This document shows positions 56,301 to 63,415 of a DNA stretch of 64,000 nt, one piece after another. The notes under the pieces were generated by a model. It saw nothing but the letters and a program-made list of their open reading frames with translations. It ran no database searches and was not told where the DNA came from. Position numbers and translations under genes: made by a program. The stretch lies in the IMG/VR virus record IMGVR_UViG_3300031994_000053, positions 1 through 64,000 of that record; one strand, written 5' to 3'. The stretch is from a virus. Lineage: Duplodnaviria; Caudoviricetes. Within the stretch, counting starts at the first letter, position 1. The number at the start of each line of letters is the position of its first letter.

Positions 56301-59300
56301 TCCAGCGACTTCCTCATCGCCTCGGCGTCCCCGTCAGCCCACGCCATCAGGGCCGCGACGCCGCGGGGTTCGGCCGGGGCGGACTTGTCCCGGTTCGCCG
56401 CGCGGACGGCCTCGGAGAGGAACCCGTCGCCGCCAAGCACGAGGTCCGCCGTGTTCATGAAGAACGCGTAGGACGGCAGCCTGCGGGCGCGCTCGGCAAG
56501 GACCGCGGCGGCGCGGAGGAACGGGTTCTCCTTGTACTTCTCGGCGCGATTCAGCACGAACGCCGATACGATGCGCGCGAACCCCTCGCCGGTGAGTCCG
56601 GCTGTGTGGCGGGCCTCGTACCGGCCGTCCTCGGTCTCCACCACGACGTCGGAGCCGCGGAGGTAACTGTCGCGGAAGTTCCTGATCTGTTCGGCCAGCG
56701 GCACGTCCTTCGCCTTGTAGGCGTCCTCGATGGCCTGGTCGGCCACGGCGGAGAGCTGCCGGATGTAGTCCGCCGTGTTCTCGCCTGTCGCGCCGGTGGA
56801 CAGCAAATGCCCGCGGTTGAGGAACGCCCGGAGCATGACACCGTTCAGCACGGCATCCATCATGTCGGCGTTGACCGTCGGGTCAACCTGGATGAAGACA
56901 TCGGACGAGACATTGGCGACGCGGCCCGCGGACATCTTGAACGTGTACCTCGGGTGCGTGTACGCGGCAGCTTCGCCCGTGACGGCGGACGATCCGTCTT
57001 TCTCGACGCCGTGCCGCGTGAGGATGCGCTCGCCGACCGTCATGTAGCCAGTCTCGCCCCAGACGCGCTCCCACGCCTTGCGCTCGTCCGTGCCGGCGTC
57101 CGCGGTCTCCCCGCGCGCCGCCGCGGCGAGCTCCCTCGCCAGGACATCGCGCGCCGCGTCCTCCTCCAGCAACTCGCCCGATTCCTTCTGGCGGAGCATC
57201 GGATGGAGGCTGTCGTTCTGCGCGGAGACGCCGCCGAGCGCCCTGTAGTACTCGCCGGAGTAGCCCAGCTCACGGAGCGCGTGGAACATGTCGCCGAACT
57301 CGATGACCTTCGCCTGGGTGATGACATACCTTCCGCGCTCGCGGGCCCAGCCGTGCTCCACCAGGGACGCGACGGCCTCGTCACGGGTGCCGAAGGTTTC
57401 GGACGCCTGCCCGTCGATGCCGACGACCCACTTGCCGCCAGTCTCGCGGAGACGCGCGCGCTCGGTGCCGTTGGGCGAGAGCCTTGCGGCCATCCCGCGA
57501 AGGTCCTCCACGGGCTTCGAGTAGTATTCGGTGCCGCGGTCCCTGTCGGCCGTCAGCAACTTGGCCATCCTGAAGATCTCGTCATTGCGTGCGGCAAGGC
57601 CCTTTTCGGTGCCGTCGAACCCGCGGCGCATCGACTGCGCGACGGACTCGAACACAATGCCGTCGACATCCGACACGTTCGCCTTGCCCCCGATGTACTC
57701 GATCGCGTCGGCCGTGGCCGTGCTGACCGCACCCCCGCGAAGAATCTCGGCCAGGGGCACGTCGCCCTCGTCGGTGCGTATGCGGTGGAGCAGGCCGTCT
57801 TCGCCGACGATCCTCGCGGCGGCGTCGTACACGGCTATGGCCGCGAGGTCCGACCTCGAGTTCACCGCGTTGTCGACCGCCTGGACGACCTTGCCGTCCA
57901 CGTTGGCGCTATAGCTAAGGCCCCGGACGACAAGGTCCGTAGTCGCCCGCAGAATGTCGCGGTACGCGGCTTCCACCTCGTCCCGGTGCGCTTCCGCGAA
58001 CTCCTCCGCGGGAATGACGCTGGTTTCGTCAACGGCCGTCTTGTCCTCCGTCAGGCGGTAGAGCACGGGCTTGCCGTCGCGTATGGCGGACAGGTACGGG
58101 CGCGGGTCCGCCGGGTCCTCGTGGTGCGCGGCTGCGTACTCAAGGGCCTGGGACCGGAACAGCCCCTGGGAAAACGAGCGGAGCTGGCTGACGGTGGTGT
58201 CCGCGCGCATGATGTCGCGGGCCCTCTGGGCGAACCGGCGCTGTGCCTCGTCCAGGACTTGTGCCTGGGTTGGCTTCCCGCCTTCGGCCTTCACGGCCAT
58301 CTCGCGGCGCGTCCGGAGGTACTCCTCGCGGAACCCGCTCTTGAGCGCCTTGACGGTGTTTTCCTCCAGCCCCATGTCGCGGGCCGTCCACTGGGACGGG
58401 TTGACGGCGGCCATGCCGAAGTCGCCCGTGGCGAGCGCGGCGGCGAACCCGACGATCTTGTGCGCGGCGCGACGGTACCACGCGGGCTCCTCGCCCTCGA
58501 GGTGCATCTCGGACGTATAGAGGTCGCGGGCCAGCTCCGGCGCGTAGTCCGCAAGATTGTCGCGGGCGGAAAGCCCCGCCTCGGCGTCGCGCGCCGAATA
58601 GGTCGGGGTCAGCTTGTTCATGAGGTCGTCCGCCAGGAAGCGGCTCGGGATGAGTGGGACGGCGAGCAGCTCGCCGTTCGCCTTCGCGACTTCATCGACC
58701 GTGGCGGAGAAGCTGTTGTGGCGGGCCTCGCGGCGCTCCACGACCTTTGTCGTCTCGGCGATCTGCTCCTCCAGGTCCTTCGCCTTGGACTCGTCGCCGG
58801 CGGCACGGGCCGCGTCGCGAAGCGTCCCGAGCCGCTCGATCTCGGCGCGGTCCTTCTCCTGTAGCATCTCGTGAACGCCGACATAGTCGCTCCACGTCAT
58901 CTGCGCGGGGTTCGTGACGCGGTTCACCTCGGCAATGGCGTCGAGCCGCGCCCGCATCTTCGTCAGTTTACCCTCGCCGCCTATGGCGGACTGGGCGCGG
59001 AGAGCCAGGGTCCTGGTCACGCCGGGGATCGCGAAGCCAACGGCCTCCGCGACCAGCTGGTCCCAACCGGGAAGCGCGCCGGCCTTCGCGCTGGCCAGGC
59101 CGGCCTTGAGGTTGCGCCAGAACTTCTCCGGCTCGGACCGCCACTTCGGTCCGTCGGGGTTGGCGTCGAGGCCGAGCAGCCCGTTAACCACGTCGGCGTA
59201 GCGCTCCTCGAACATCTCGCCGAGAACGCCGTCGTAGCCGCCGGTCCGCCACAGGTTGAGCACGGATTCGGCGCCAAGGTTGTGGCGCGCCATGAAGTCG

Positions 59301-61165
59301 CCCAGCACGTACCGCATGTACGCGCGGTTCAGCTTGCCCTGGAACTGGCGGTCGTACATCTCGTCCAGGGCCTTGGCCGCGAACTTGCGGAAGTCATTGC
59401 CGATCGCGGCCTTCATCGCGTCGGGAAGCGAGGCGGCCGAGCCGCTCTCCACGGCGTTCCGTATAAGCGCCTTTCCGGCCACGTCCGTGACGCCAAGCTT
59501 CGCCGCGACGGCCTCGGCCTGCCTGCCGGCGGCCGCCCGCATGAACTCCTGGCGCGTGCCACCGGAGGACAGGATCATCTCGCGGAGACGCGCGCCGATG
59601 GCGTAGCCCTTCCCGTCGTCCGCGAGGCCCGCGGCCACGTCGACGAGACGGGACGGGGTGACAAGACCCTTCACGCCGGCGCGCTCGAGACCCAGGCCGG
59701 CCGCGTGGAAAACGGAATTCAGGCCGCGGCCGGTGTTCTCGGAAATGTACTCCATGAGGCCGAGGCCCATCGACATCGATTCGGCGCAGTCCATCAGACC
59801 CCAGTTCCCGGTGCGAAGGGCCGCGGCCTCGAAGGAAAGCCGGTTCTCGGTGACGACCCTGCCGTCCGCGCCCCAGAGCGCGCCGACGGCCGGGCGGGCG
59901 ACGAACTGGTTAGGCGCCCACATCATCGCGCCGCGGACCGGGGCCTCGACGAACCAGGCCCCCGCGGCGTCCGCGAGGGACTTGCCGATGGAATCGCGAG
60001 ACGTGTAGAGAATCGTGCTCTCCTCGGTGCCGTACGTGCCAAAGTCGAGGAGCCCGCGGGAAAGGTTGTGCGTGGCCCACTGCCCGAAGGACTTCAGGCC
60101 GCGGGCGACGGCGCCGCCGGACGTGCGCGACGCATACCGTGCCAACTCGATGCCGGCTCGCTTTTTCGCGAGCTCGCGGATGGCCTCGGAGGACAACCCC
60201 TTGTATGCGGTCTTCTCCATCTGGGCCTTGAGCATGAAGTTCGCGATGTCGTCCGCGACGCCGCTCTCGATGGCGGCCTTCGCGGCGTCGTCCGAAAGGT
60301 TGGCCAGCGTGCGGGCACCGGCTTTCGCCAGGGCCTCGCCAGCGGCCTTCTCCGTGAACTCGCGGGCGAGGATTTTCGTGGCGCGGTTCATCGCGAGGGC
60401 CGTGCTCTCGGGGAGCGCGCGGGACGCGGCGCCGCGGACGGCGCCGCCAATGAAGCTCGTAGCGGCGAACTCGGCCATGAAGCCCGGCGCGTGACGGGCG
60501 ATGTCGCCCACCGTGCCCATGAGCGTCGTGTTGTTGGAACGGTAGTCCTGCTCCGCCATGTAGAGGCGGGCGCGGATCAGCTCCTCGTCGGAGACATCCT
60601 CCTTGTTCCGCAGCTTACGGAATGTGTCGGAGACCATCTGCGCGTCGCGGAAGGAGTTGCGGACGCTGGCGATCATGCCGACGAACGGAAGGTCGGAAAC
60701 GGAGACTTCGGAAAGAGCCGTGAGAAAGCCACGCTTCACGCCGTCACGGGTCTTGCCCGCTATTTCGAGAAGCCTACGACCGTCTTCCGATCTCATCAGT
60801 TTGTCTCGGGAGACCGCACGGCCAAACACGTTGAGCGATACAATATCGTTAGATGTGAGGGGCAGACCGGCACGCTCGCCATAGGCGACGGTTCGGCTTC
60901 CGTCAAAATCCGGGTCAAGCGTATACCAATCGCCAGCCATCCCGTCGAACGGTACCGCATTCGGGTCAGGCGGGTCAGCATAGCTGATGCTCAAAGGAGC
61001 CACACGGGCGGCCTGCTGCGTGGCCAGCGTCTGCTCAAGAAGCGATTCCCGCCGGGCCGAAAGATATTCTGCGAGGGAACCGGGCTCGGCCCCGGAGCCA
61101 AACAACGGCTCGCGGGCCACGGCAAAGTCAGACTGCGATAAATCGGAAAAGGAAAAAAGGGCCAT
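41318..61165 (-). CDS. Giant (6615 aa) polyvalent ejection protein with putative two-barrel RNA polymerase, NADAR and zincin metallopeptidase domains
   Basis: Single uninterrupted ORF with GGAGG SD; RTP (R3324) and GCDHDGD (D3379-D3383); SVEHAYQTLK NADAR (about aa 2555-2680); HEYFH (H4485-H4489) followed by EEAAAEAF. Confidence 0.85.
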   Translation of the reverse strand: MALFSFSDLSQSDFAVAREPLFGSGAEPGSLAEYLSARRESLLEQTLATQQAARVAPLSISYADPPDPNAVPFDGMAGDWYTLDPDFDGSRTVAYGERAGLPLTSNDIVSLNVFGRAVSRDKLMRSEDGRRLLEIAGKTRDGVKRGFLTALSEVSVSDLPFVGMIASVRNSFRDAQMVSDTFRKLRNKEDVSDEELIRARLYMAEQDYRSNNTTLMGTVGDIARHAPGFMAEFAATSFIGGAVRGAASRALPESTALAMNRATKILAREFTEKAAGEALAKAGARTLANLSDDAAKAAIESGVADDIANFMLKAQMEKTAYKGLSSEAIRELAKKRAGIELARYASRTSGGAVARGLKSFGQWATHNLSRGLLDFGTYGTEESTILYTSRDSIGKSLADAAGAWFVEAPVRGAMMWAPNQFVARPAVGALWGADGRVVTENRLSFEAAALRTGNWGLMDCAESMSMGLGLMEYISENTGRGLNSVFHAAGLGLERAGVKGLVTPSRLVDVAAGLADDGKGYAIGARLREMILSSGGTRQEFMRAAAGRQAEAVAAKLGVTDVAGKALIRNAVESGSAASLPDAMKAAIGNDFRKFAAKALDEMYDRQFQGKLNRAYMRYVLGDFMARHNLGAESVLNLWRTGGYDGVLGEMFEERYADVVNGLLGLDANPDGPKWRSEPEKFWRNLKAGLASAKAGALPGWDQLVAEAVGFAIPGVTRTLALRAQSAIGGEGKLTKMRARLDAIAEVNRVTNPAQMTWSDYVGVHEMLQEKDRAEIERLGTLRDAARAAGDESKAKDLEEQIAETTKVVERREARHNSFSATVDEVAKANGELLAVPLIPSRFLADDLMNKLTPTYSARDAEAGLSARDNLADYAPELARDLYTSEMHLEGEEPAWYRRAAHKIVGFAAALATGDFGMAAVNPSQWTARDMGLEENTVKALKSGFREEYLRTRREMAVKAEGGKPTQAQVLDEAQRRFAQRARDIMRADTTVSQLRSFSQGLFRSQALEYAAAHHEDPADPRPYLSAIRDGKPVLYRLTEDKTAVDETSVIPAEEFAEAHRDEVEAAYRDILRATTDLVVRGLSYSANVDGKVVQAVDNAVNSRSDLAAIAVYDAAARIVGEDGLLHRIRTDEGDVPLAEILRGGAVSTATADAIEYIGGKANVSDVDGIVFESVAQSMRRGFDGTEKGLAARNDEIFRMAKLLTADRDRGTEYYSKPVEDLRGMAARLSPNGTERARLRETGGKWVVGIDGQASETFGTRDEAVASLVEHGWARERGRYVITQAKVIEFGDMFHALRELGYSGEYYRALGGVSAQNDSLHPMLRQKESGELLEEDAARDVLARELAAAARGETADAGTDERKAWERVWGETGYMTVGERILTRHGVEKDGSSAVTGEAAAYTHPRYTFKMSAGRVANVSSDVFIQVDPTVNADMMDAVLNGVMLRAFLNRGHLLSTGATGENTADYIRQLSAVADQAIEDAYKAKDVPLAEQIRNFRDSYLRGSDVVVETEDGRYEARHTAGLTGEGFARIVSAFVLNRAEKYKENPFLRAAAVLAERARRLPSYAFFMNTADLVLGGDGFLSEAVRAANRDKSAPAEPRGVAALMAWADGDAEAMRKSLEASLPAGMTYSQFLDRMLQGMTSMLKSEGASREAASPKETEELKEAAKEAETPKATAAEAAEAHLNFMSRLVGVLKRTAEMTREGSVPRAFTKVMAKLMEDAVTDPTVTEAQKTAARGMLGEIKRALYNVDQTPAERVAEAANAKVDAEERRNEARRNVIDAMAKLDAAAARVEGTEAVAEAAAESGASVEDLNAEVNRARAEYQAADDAAKDAATNLDKVQAETGARVVRASDLGGRAGATWSPRSVTAIDSNDDTTNDDIVLEDDPTVVFGGTRELPAMAPDAANLDGFTVMHGLEVGPAGRHLEPREADTAAAVAVRALLASGEPVNRAGVAGVLRKMFPGMDAADRAEVLAAYTRMDDDRVRNRGDWSDAASSGVWFFAEDVKDDESLSSDDYNRVAVDEYTSDAMRTFLALAAKASPETGANLQGFVRLARGSVRADAAPSDAGKFLYRILNPRANREGASLPQHDALLREDLLKLGGEEANGYIRSLLGNGTDGRPVSRKGAFLLSYLTSMRPNGRFRLARLMAYSVAATPIALKENEGGGMVIREAQSRGGGRIAESLVADSFAELDGRPAAKARELKDQLLKAADDAAGWAPKQPANATRAQLIAAVKQNMRVLSGIIGQAFGRESPLCTALSSDMAFAQLARVRTEVLQNLALTLRPHGYSNGVTALRIRDGMPVPAEIERPDKTKYQPKAQTVEFIDTIAYALDSLSRMSGNLSRSDISAVMTAAIATGNPQAAGVAGASSSVAMESPVFSVLDIFQNSLPTTIMAAEIDQRRGTKASSIAVAPRDLVPLVSRWLYADESTALKLADGTTLPTFAETCRRFFPGVTDEVIAECRQDATWPDAARTPICAKCLSASFSPNEVYEACRRSYEAMAGDQKRTTYYVPLFSGDHSSNTLLQIPREVDLTVEALQQVAQQPTQTVSQPKGPINVWHGTGENAEFSNLASRPFSFQGHDYVSVEHAYQTLKSGSFDETTYRQRWAAGKKIRSFRQADTRTNVQLMRDLVFESFRQNPEAKRALLDTGSATFTHTQDRGIWATEFPKALSEARQRLRQETPAATQPSDKKHVPSYEEASKAVYRAIGMALMGVDAKRSAISSLEATGVGMVGTRVGQDGNRTWGENRIHVGENFRFYDGDFSFGGENGYAKKPNEALLGSTFMRGYAARALKETAQDPSSSLLKVHLISTQGRDLFFGKSLSVATSSGSGEFAPGSADRAIDDYLAKYRGADDLSTDVFTDRDSYKIGPLSSKSITVTVKAIVGGQERKYGGTLMKVIYDLAFDKAVDGKFSKGDLKDGERKQVLFDELDKALRTAFGGGVSGDQLDAMFGDIAVKDDVRGESTMKLSELLPGAELRYLPGLSGPALDFSYREDGAMAYPVANVSHNSRLPNVPGRSPRNYEVDMATMATALARFGALDNAPGLAQKALGLIADWGVFANAVYSNPEYVRSVTRRARHFNELREAGESAGGQFAREELARQVWAEIRQASNLPLGGVDMALVSSGAALDDNGKLFTMSASQMQRDVMRGSCLYSKSERGFYGADRNFALCNVNYSQRNFRYAWFLDEGKFRTAFDSEISGALLDYTKDHEGVLTSGQLVALGIARVFENLRGTKDRGERSALRRRIAECFKDHHGRYISDIPGAADNFGFDDLFRDDPKGTGAQVFDLTAVMCESRDQIFNDATGQKHIVLGGTMFGLPRTPSYNGSMWLQVVRAGLPATEIEEKDTKGKTLGWRVGADAMVQPDPFTNQLLGCDHDGDKTKAYLLYQSWTGQLPEAEIPQYQGDPDKIENNPDGVRALLTEAATFRADKKTRKFLEAWRYDPESDTEKPVDEATEAGEDVYYKISEDARRRVSNTFVKALFEMARHMPVHAAVDQEGNKLQLVDRFSSENSGVPRETFLAPDGLVSAPTKAFPVSGAAAEELRHDMLPPTLSNEDKRDLGDPKVAAEVSTSAKDAGDARGIAVALARNLHLAWLASDAFPRMFRNNAGLSENWWKFAYHLDGISNATFDDVKEQLCGRLGWTREMLESVYANLLNYVAAGDSGLPVTDQAFADVLGAYIKDIKNGGRFLWALAATRRGAANGPKFADMAKAVAGDSADPNNITKAWLEKALDLTWESGSLQLGSATPAWFRTVMNSGLKRAERRKLITELAKDGGHNPVFGYVAWLASGHESSAPAFARWFGMKCELDDARSFGQAINYLTADPGSPNATALGDSVREAFTSEDGKATFDVAKAVEIPGLGPLAGTLSRMHAATRMAYSLGEGLQTVMAGAMTAYRDGTDPKEPLVSESDRLKSWDAMHIESNAEQLPYVHGLLSSLAAFPVAGSVFKDGRQMYAAMREMAGEVSRRAVAADEAAKLRRAAVNKRVSAESAQGEEKQAYLQSAAIYEKRADKISTKDVAPAPTVLAFRRGVEAMFGMMYRSIVTSEEFNSAAGNKAFAYISARRDTGYGEQTYYIFGEDSDGKPHKYFPYGRMGDGLLRIGPTYRENDTAANERVRAMFDDVIAGRAYAGERRVSVGFEGDGMEAANATTKSYARAKGYTLTADNVDALVKEAGNASAELKAMAEDAKAALGALKENYGIDAVTPAMLVGQILPFYSLVTSRVTGTPSGASPSLFGILPDRYYRMLSASEAALGPESRAILVANDMAPEARTPAGKPRGRVQAPFRHSLELFSGDRFERMVNAVDAYNVGHVPNAAPEPPARPTLLSKGAYDERAANAARAMGRLLSSWANVEYLGGTAFTIRGKLRGNAGLGRRVSIVVETAGKGLRAETEEDVERLANSRAFAASYCAAVNLGTKERPFTADDFARLPLEIRKELARKATIGGVTSHKVEWSFSGKGAQTLVGAIQLPAGAKGTELYHEYFHSMMRMFEAIGLFGEADYEALRKQFGTDPSRAHGFNEEAAAEAFRKWVEGDAGVAGAETRGVFQRILDFLKGFWDSLKNGFNYGDEGFATDNTVFNMVVHGIAETSRARNEEAIASAVAAGTEAAEAAAARARENPDDEAAIAEAAGMYDSVARLEEGDETAIASVLSNAFAPAVSETVRTPEELEAAAAANVEAPVLGNTIADFGRSKRWHKFALANPEAAEKVRAADLRVMRRLTGEERVPDAEFRRLLAESAETRRSVADDRNAAPVSDTEDFFEATPADPAGTPSANASAAAGNVRRGTLPLSVSNDFYATARWIRESMEHGLKTDGSWSRGLEYVTRKYALPDPREVARDRVIVMNGLRRALATVNPEALGKLNDKDIRDSIAFQAALRMYHSLEASFITRTNVDAATGEAKPANSRHDKITGDFRRDPKARHASMYQVSAWVTSSDPVAPSKVAARAAASAGTRLKRAMENGAGGELAAELLFQKQQMDALAAMVKDPGSLARYVETDGAETIDRVMHALWTGVRAGKPDARGRMPDFVPVNEVDERGDVSTARLLDDDDAPVIARRRALVSDPEFQRGLKACVSAAYQVAAMAKFYRETGTEPATPEDLEFQKAARERHGVPAGLTAAEWLAAQAAGDSNLAGDAGLVDYSDQSSFIAENVSAWSRSLIRKSFGAKGNIGEMLSAEMHEYDAIKGEIARLENFHAFLFGDNVEAGGRILKLLEHDATHALEDGQVVWAAGGKYLKFDNYRRQLADIVLTESDLRIIDIFKKMCAARASRQDRVVTGVADIRFHGGMNRDPAFYSREAIARRLANSEQLDALSFALRRMDDQIPPEILEPYRRRFVASAIAAMAEADGDKLVRASGPTSARYNALVISALRERGLVEGMCRDNYRYDVDGLPRFTSAAATIPCDEINDAFLGSEAYRKLTSDKGGRKPEMLDRDAIIKDMMAVYSKAVRFAKAHPWLTHGDGAYFSNFGTALPFWRGSGVFMYNAQRALRDRAADRQGAASRDYERMKAVVDSEFADVPVRDLQADKVINGLDMLSNLYGIGVSGQPLIDLIAAGGFEPGSARSRRTGLELPADATYAGLAEAIYSKSLQNAWAAKFGTKEEAGIDYRAAMDVVDAYRDAALTRGELFGGAVGLNDLDMFRRTGTLPANYQIGHKVHVAIDGLANAMMSRATLANMLMTPAYDGAPVYYADPSDIAADVSGLPDAFWQNVARWWCEYNGDAYDEKLSGVQNAKREFAALRAKMTANKGVLGTNPETACRYREHKDANASIASVERWLVREAEEAAPHGRIADFAIDKLGLGEALGYLQQFLGASRAMGTGGPAARSLLHRALGWSKAMSVSFSFFFPLATRFESPTAAVGALATLGGNYKPIADYMREHPKAFDFLRKLPGGPAWITKNFLGFSDIVDMMDSNDPFLAELYAWANALGVRTSTSLVSPLEDAQAMTQGDLDHLKRIIRDTYGAEIAAKFGRMARDVALRQSDKAFNYALNATKLAVTAQLATKLRYLAERQGKAFDPIRDLKKYADYINAEVGGLDPLKYSWAHPANRRLLNVLMFSWQWTRGAWEAGGGKVLEDLAFGTNTASRQERAHYIGRWARMLGLVMLGFPQVLQILSTALAKVLDAAAGGMDGDDDDRLSDEEFYAAFHRERTAAEKVRFARATAGMGGPEFLAKYGRGRDRFEMAAYADRHSWHNRDVWFTWQNEDRARWKSADITPLLRAIARFDDTRLGGALRSFKRGGRFGAGVAGAAAGAVAGYAGGGNWLTGLVGAGLGATAGRVSPDFIPLYMGDDPANGSYNRRVYVHAGKQGWEEVRWFEDPIGQFLSKLSMPAQRVTEGILGFNPGYMAQALPWSEMGWAERWLSPTVDGATWNLMQAWMPFSFSGMTRNRDAGFVSMALPVQRGASKTALGKELTKQLDLWARNDRRGYATGDGRGRYAKVNDVLLEARRNGYDPAALMKSTSQELLAKYYGELFRALMKYDPSAPFDSASLNRPARAALRLGGAFDRAVASMRSRVKSSGARVGDAEGRAMYLMLGQAYANPNMAIEYGPEVREAANGGAALGNFLATDKIPDTIFGIKVVQTPEEYTEADLEFFREHPRAAGFYELEGEGR

Positions 61166-61216
61166 CTAGCCAAAGCCTCCATAAGATAGAATACCACACG
61201 GAGGCCCGGTTGTCAA

Positions 61217-63412
61217 CTAGATGCTGTTTTTCTTTTCCGCTTCAGATTGGCGGAGCGCCTCGCTAACCTTTTTGGTCTGCCAGTCCCGACGGGCCCTGTC
61301 TTCGGCTTTGAGCCGTATGCCCAACGCCCTTTGGCTACTCATGTACTGGTCGAGAGACACGCCTTCCGCTTCAGCCTGTTGCGTCCGGTCGCCCCAGCCT
61401 TCTGCAACGAAGTCTTGGGCAATGTTCCCCCCCTTGTCCCGGTACTGATATTCAACGTCGACGGGATTGCCGTTCTCATCGACGTTCTTTTGCAGGTAAA
61501 GGTACCGTCCCTGCGCTAAAACACCCAAAAGCAGGTCTTCAACGTCGTCGCCGGAAAGACGCGCTTTTTCCAGCTCGGCCATCTTTCGAGCAACGTACAT
61601 GGTGGCGGCCGCGTCGTCGTCCGGATATTCCTGCTTGTAGTGCGCCGTCAAAAGCTCGCGCCACCTCTTATGGTCGGAGTCGCGGCCGGTATTCGCGGCA
61701 AGCCACGTACGGAGCTCCTCTTTATCACGGTCGCTTAACCTGGATGACATGCCCGCGTCGTTAAGAACGCCGTTGAAAACGTCCTCCACCACCATCTGCG
61801 TCCCGCCGGATTTTGTCCAGGCCGACCACATGGCGAGGGCCAACGTATTGCGCAGTTCCTTGGAACTAAAGGGGATGGCGTCACCCACTACGTTCGCGAG
61901 CCCACGGAACATCGTGCGTTTTGCGTCATCGTCGCCAACGATGGCCTCCCGGGCCCCGTCTACTGTGGTCGATCCGTCGGACAGTCGCGGGACGAATGCG
62001 CCGGAGACGACCTTATCGAACCCCCAGGCCACGCCGTCGAGCCCCATAAGCTCCGAAGACTGGAGGATCGCTTTTTGGCGGGCCTCCGCGCCAGACCTCA
62101 CGTCAGTGTAATGCGCATCAGGCCGACTTGCCCCGCGGACTCCCGTAGAAAGCGCAGATCGCAAAGACGCTAGCTCGCGAGCGTAGCCGGGGGCATCGTC
62201 GCCAACCATCCCGGCGGCGACCCATCTTCCCATGCTATCGCACCAAGAAGACCCGGCGTCCGCAGCCGCGCCAGCCACATTGACGTCCATCAGTTCCCAC
62301 CAAGCGACTTCGTCGAAAAGCCGGCGCATACCTTTCGCGAGTGCAGGGGACGTGGGGTCGATCGGACGCCCGCTTTCCCTGATGGCGTCGAACGTCTTGC
62401 CCAACGCGGCGTTGAACATGAAAACGGACTGCGGGTCTGGTTTGTTCGGGTCGGTAAGTCCCGCAAGCGCGGCTTGCCGAAGAATACTGTATGTCGACGC
62501 GGTTTTGGCGGCGAGAGATTCTCCCGTGTCGGTATCGTTCCGCAAATTTTCCCCGATCTTCTGGAACAGGCCGAGGGCGCTCGCAAAACCTCCAACACCC
62601 CTATGACGTTCCACCACATCCCGGAGGACAAGACCGGCGCTGCTGCCGAACGTTCCTTCCAACTTGGACAAATTGTCGAAATCGCCGTCATTGTCCGTAT
62701 GCGATATGTAACCAACCAGGTCGCTTAGCTGAACGGAAAACTCTGGCGTCACCTTATTGTTCTTGGCGTCCAGCAAAGGGTTGATCGCCTGCTGCATTAA
62801 GACACGTGCAGTCTCTCCCCTCTCTCCGAAATACATATCGGCCGCTGCATCGGAAAACCCCAGGCTTTGAAGTGACTTCCTTTTATACCCCTGGTATGTC
62901 GCGTTTAGACCGAGCACCTGGCCAATCGTCGTCTCTTCGTCTCCAGCAAGAACCTTCAACTGGTCGAAATCCCCCCGCAGCAAAGCATCAGACCGCTCGG
63001 CAAGCACCCGGCCCAAGCTTCCGGCGCTCCGTACCTTGTCACGGGTGAAGTCAACGAGGTCATTCAGATTGCCCTGGATTATCGAACGAAAATCGTCGTA
63101 CGATTTTTGCGCCCCTGCGAAATCGCCTGCGTTGACCATCGCCTGAAGCTTTTTTCCAAACCCCTCCGAATCCATCACGAAACGGGCGAGCATATCCCCG
63201 CCCTCTTCCTCAGGACGCAAACGGCGTGCCAGGCTCGATTCGACTTCACGCGCCTGCTTCTCCCGCCTGTCGCGAACCCTTTCCTCCGCTTTGGCCCGCT
63301 CCATGACCGGATCCTTCTTTGGGGTCTCACGCCCGATGGTGGCCATATCATTCCACCCGCGCGTAAATTCGGGGCCCGAGTATCTGTCAACGGTGAATTC
63401 AGCCATCATCAT
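61217..63412 (-). CDS. Helical hypothetical protein, probable ejection/internal virion protein
   Basis: 731 aa directly upstream of the giant gene; AGGAG SD (start may be the 2nd or 3rd Met); lower GC. Confidence 0.75.
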   Translation of the reverse strand: MMMAEFTVDRYSGPEFTRGWNDMATIGRETPKKDPVMERAKAEERVRDRREKQAREVESSLARRLRPEEEGGDMLARFVMDSEGFGKKLQAMVNAGDFAGAQKSYDDFRSIIQGNLNDLVDFTRDKVRSAGSLGRVLAERSDALLRGDFDQLKVLAGDEETTIGQVLGLNATYQGYKRKSLQSLGFSDAAADMYFGERGETARVLMQQAINPLLDAKNNKVTPEFSVQLSDLVGYISHTDNDGDFDNLSKLEGTFGSSAGLVLRDVVERHRGVGGFASALGLFQKIGENLRNDTDTGESLAAKTASTYSILRQAALAGLTDPNKPDPQSVFMFNAALGKTFDAIRESGRPIDPTSPALAKGMRRLFDEVAWWELMDVNVAGAAADAGSSWCDSMGRWVAAGMVGDDAPGYARELASLRSALSTGVRGASRPDAHYTDVRSGAEARQKAILQSSELMGLDGVAWGFDKVVSGAFVPRLSDGSTTVDGAREAIVGDDDAKRTMFRGLANVVGDAIPFSSKELRNTLALAMWSAWTKSGGTQMVVEDVFNGVLNDAGMSSRLSDRDKEELRTWLAANTGRDSDHKRWRELLTAHYKQEYPDDDAAATMYVARKMAELEKARLSGDDVEDLLLGVLAQGRYLYLQKNVDENGNPVDVEYQYRDKGGNIAQDFVAEGWGDRTQQAEAEGVSLDQYMSSQRALGIRLKAEDRARRDWQTKKVSEALRQSEAEKKNSI

Positions 63413-63415
63413 CTC

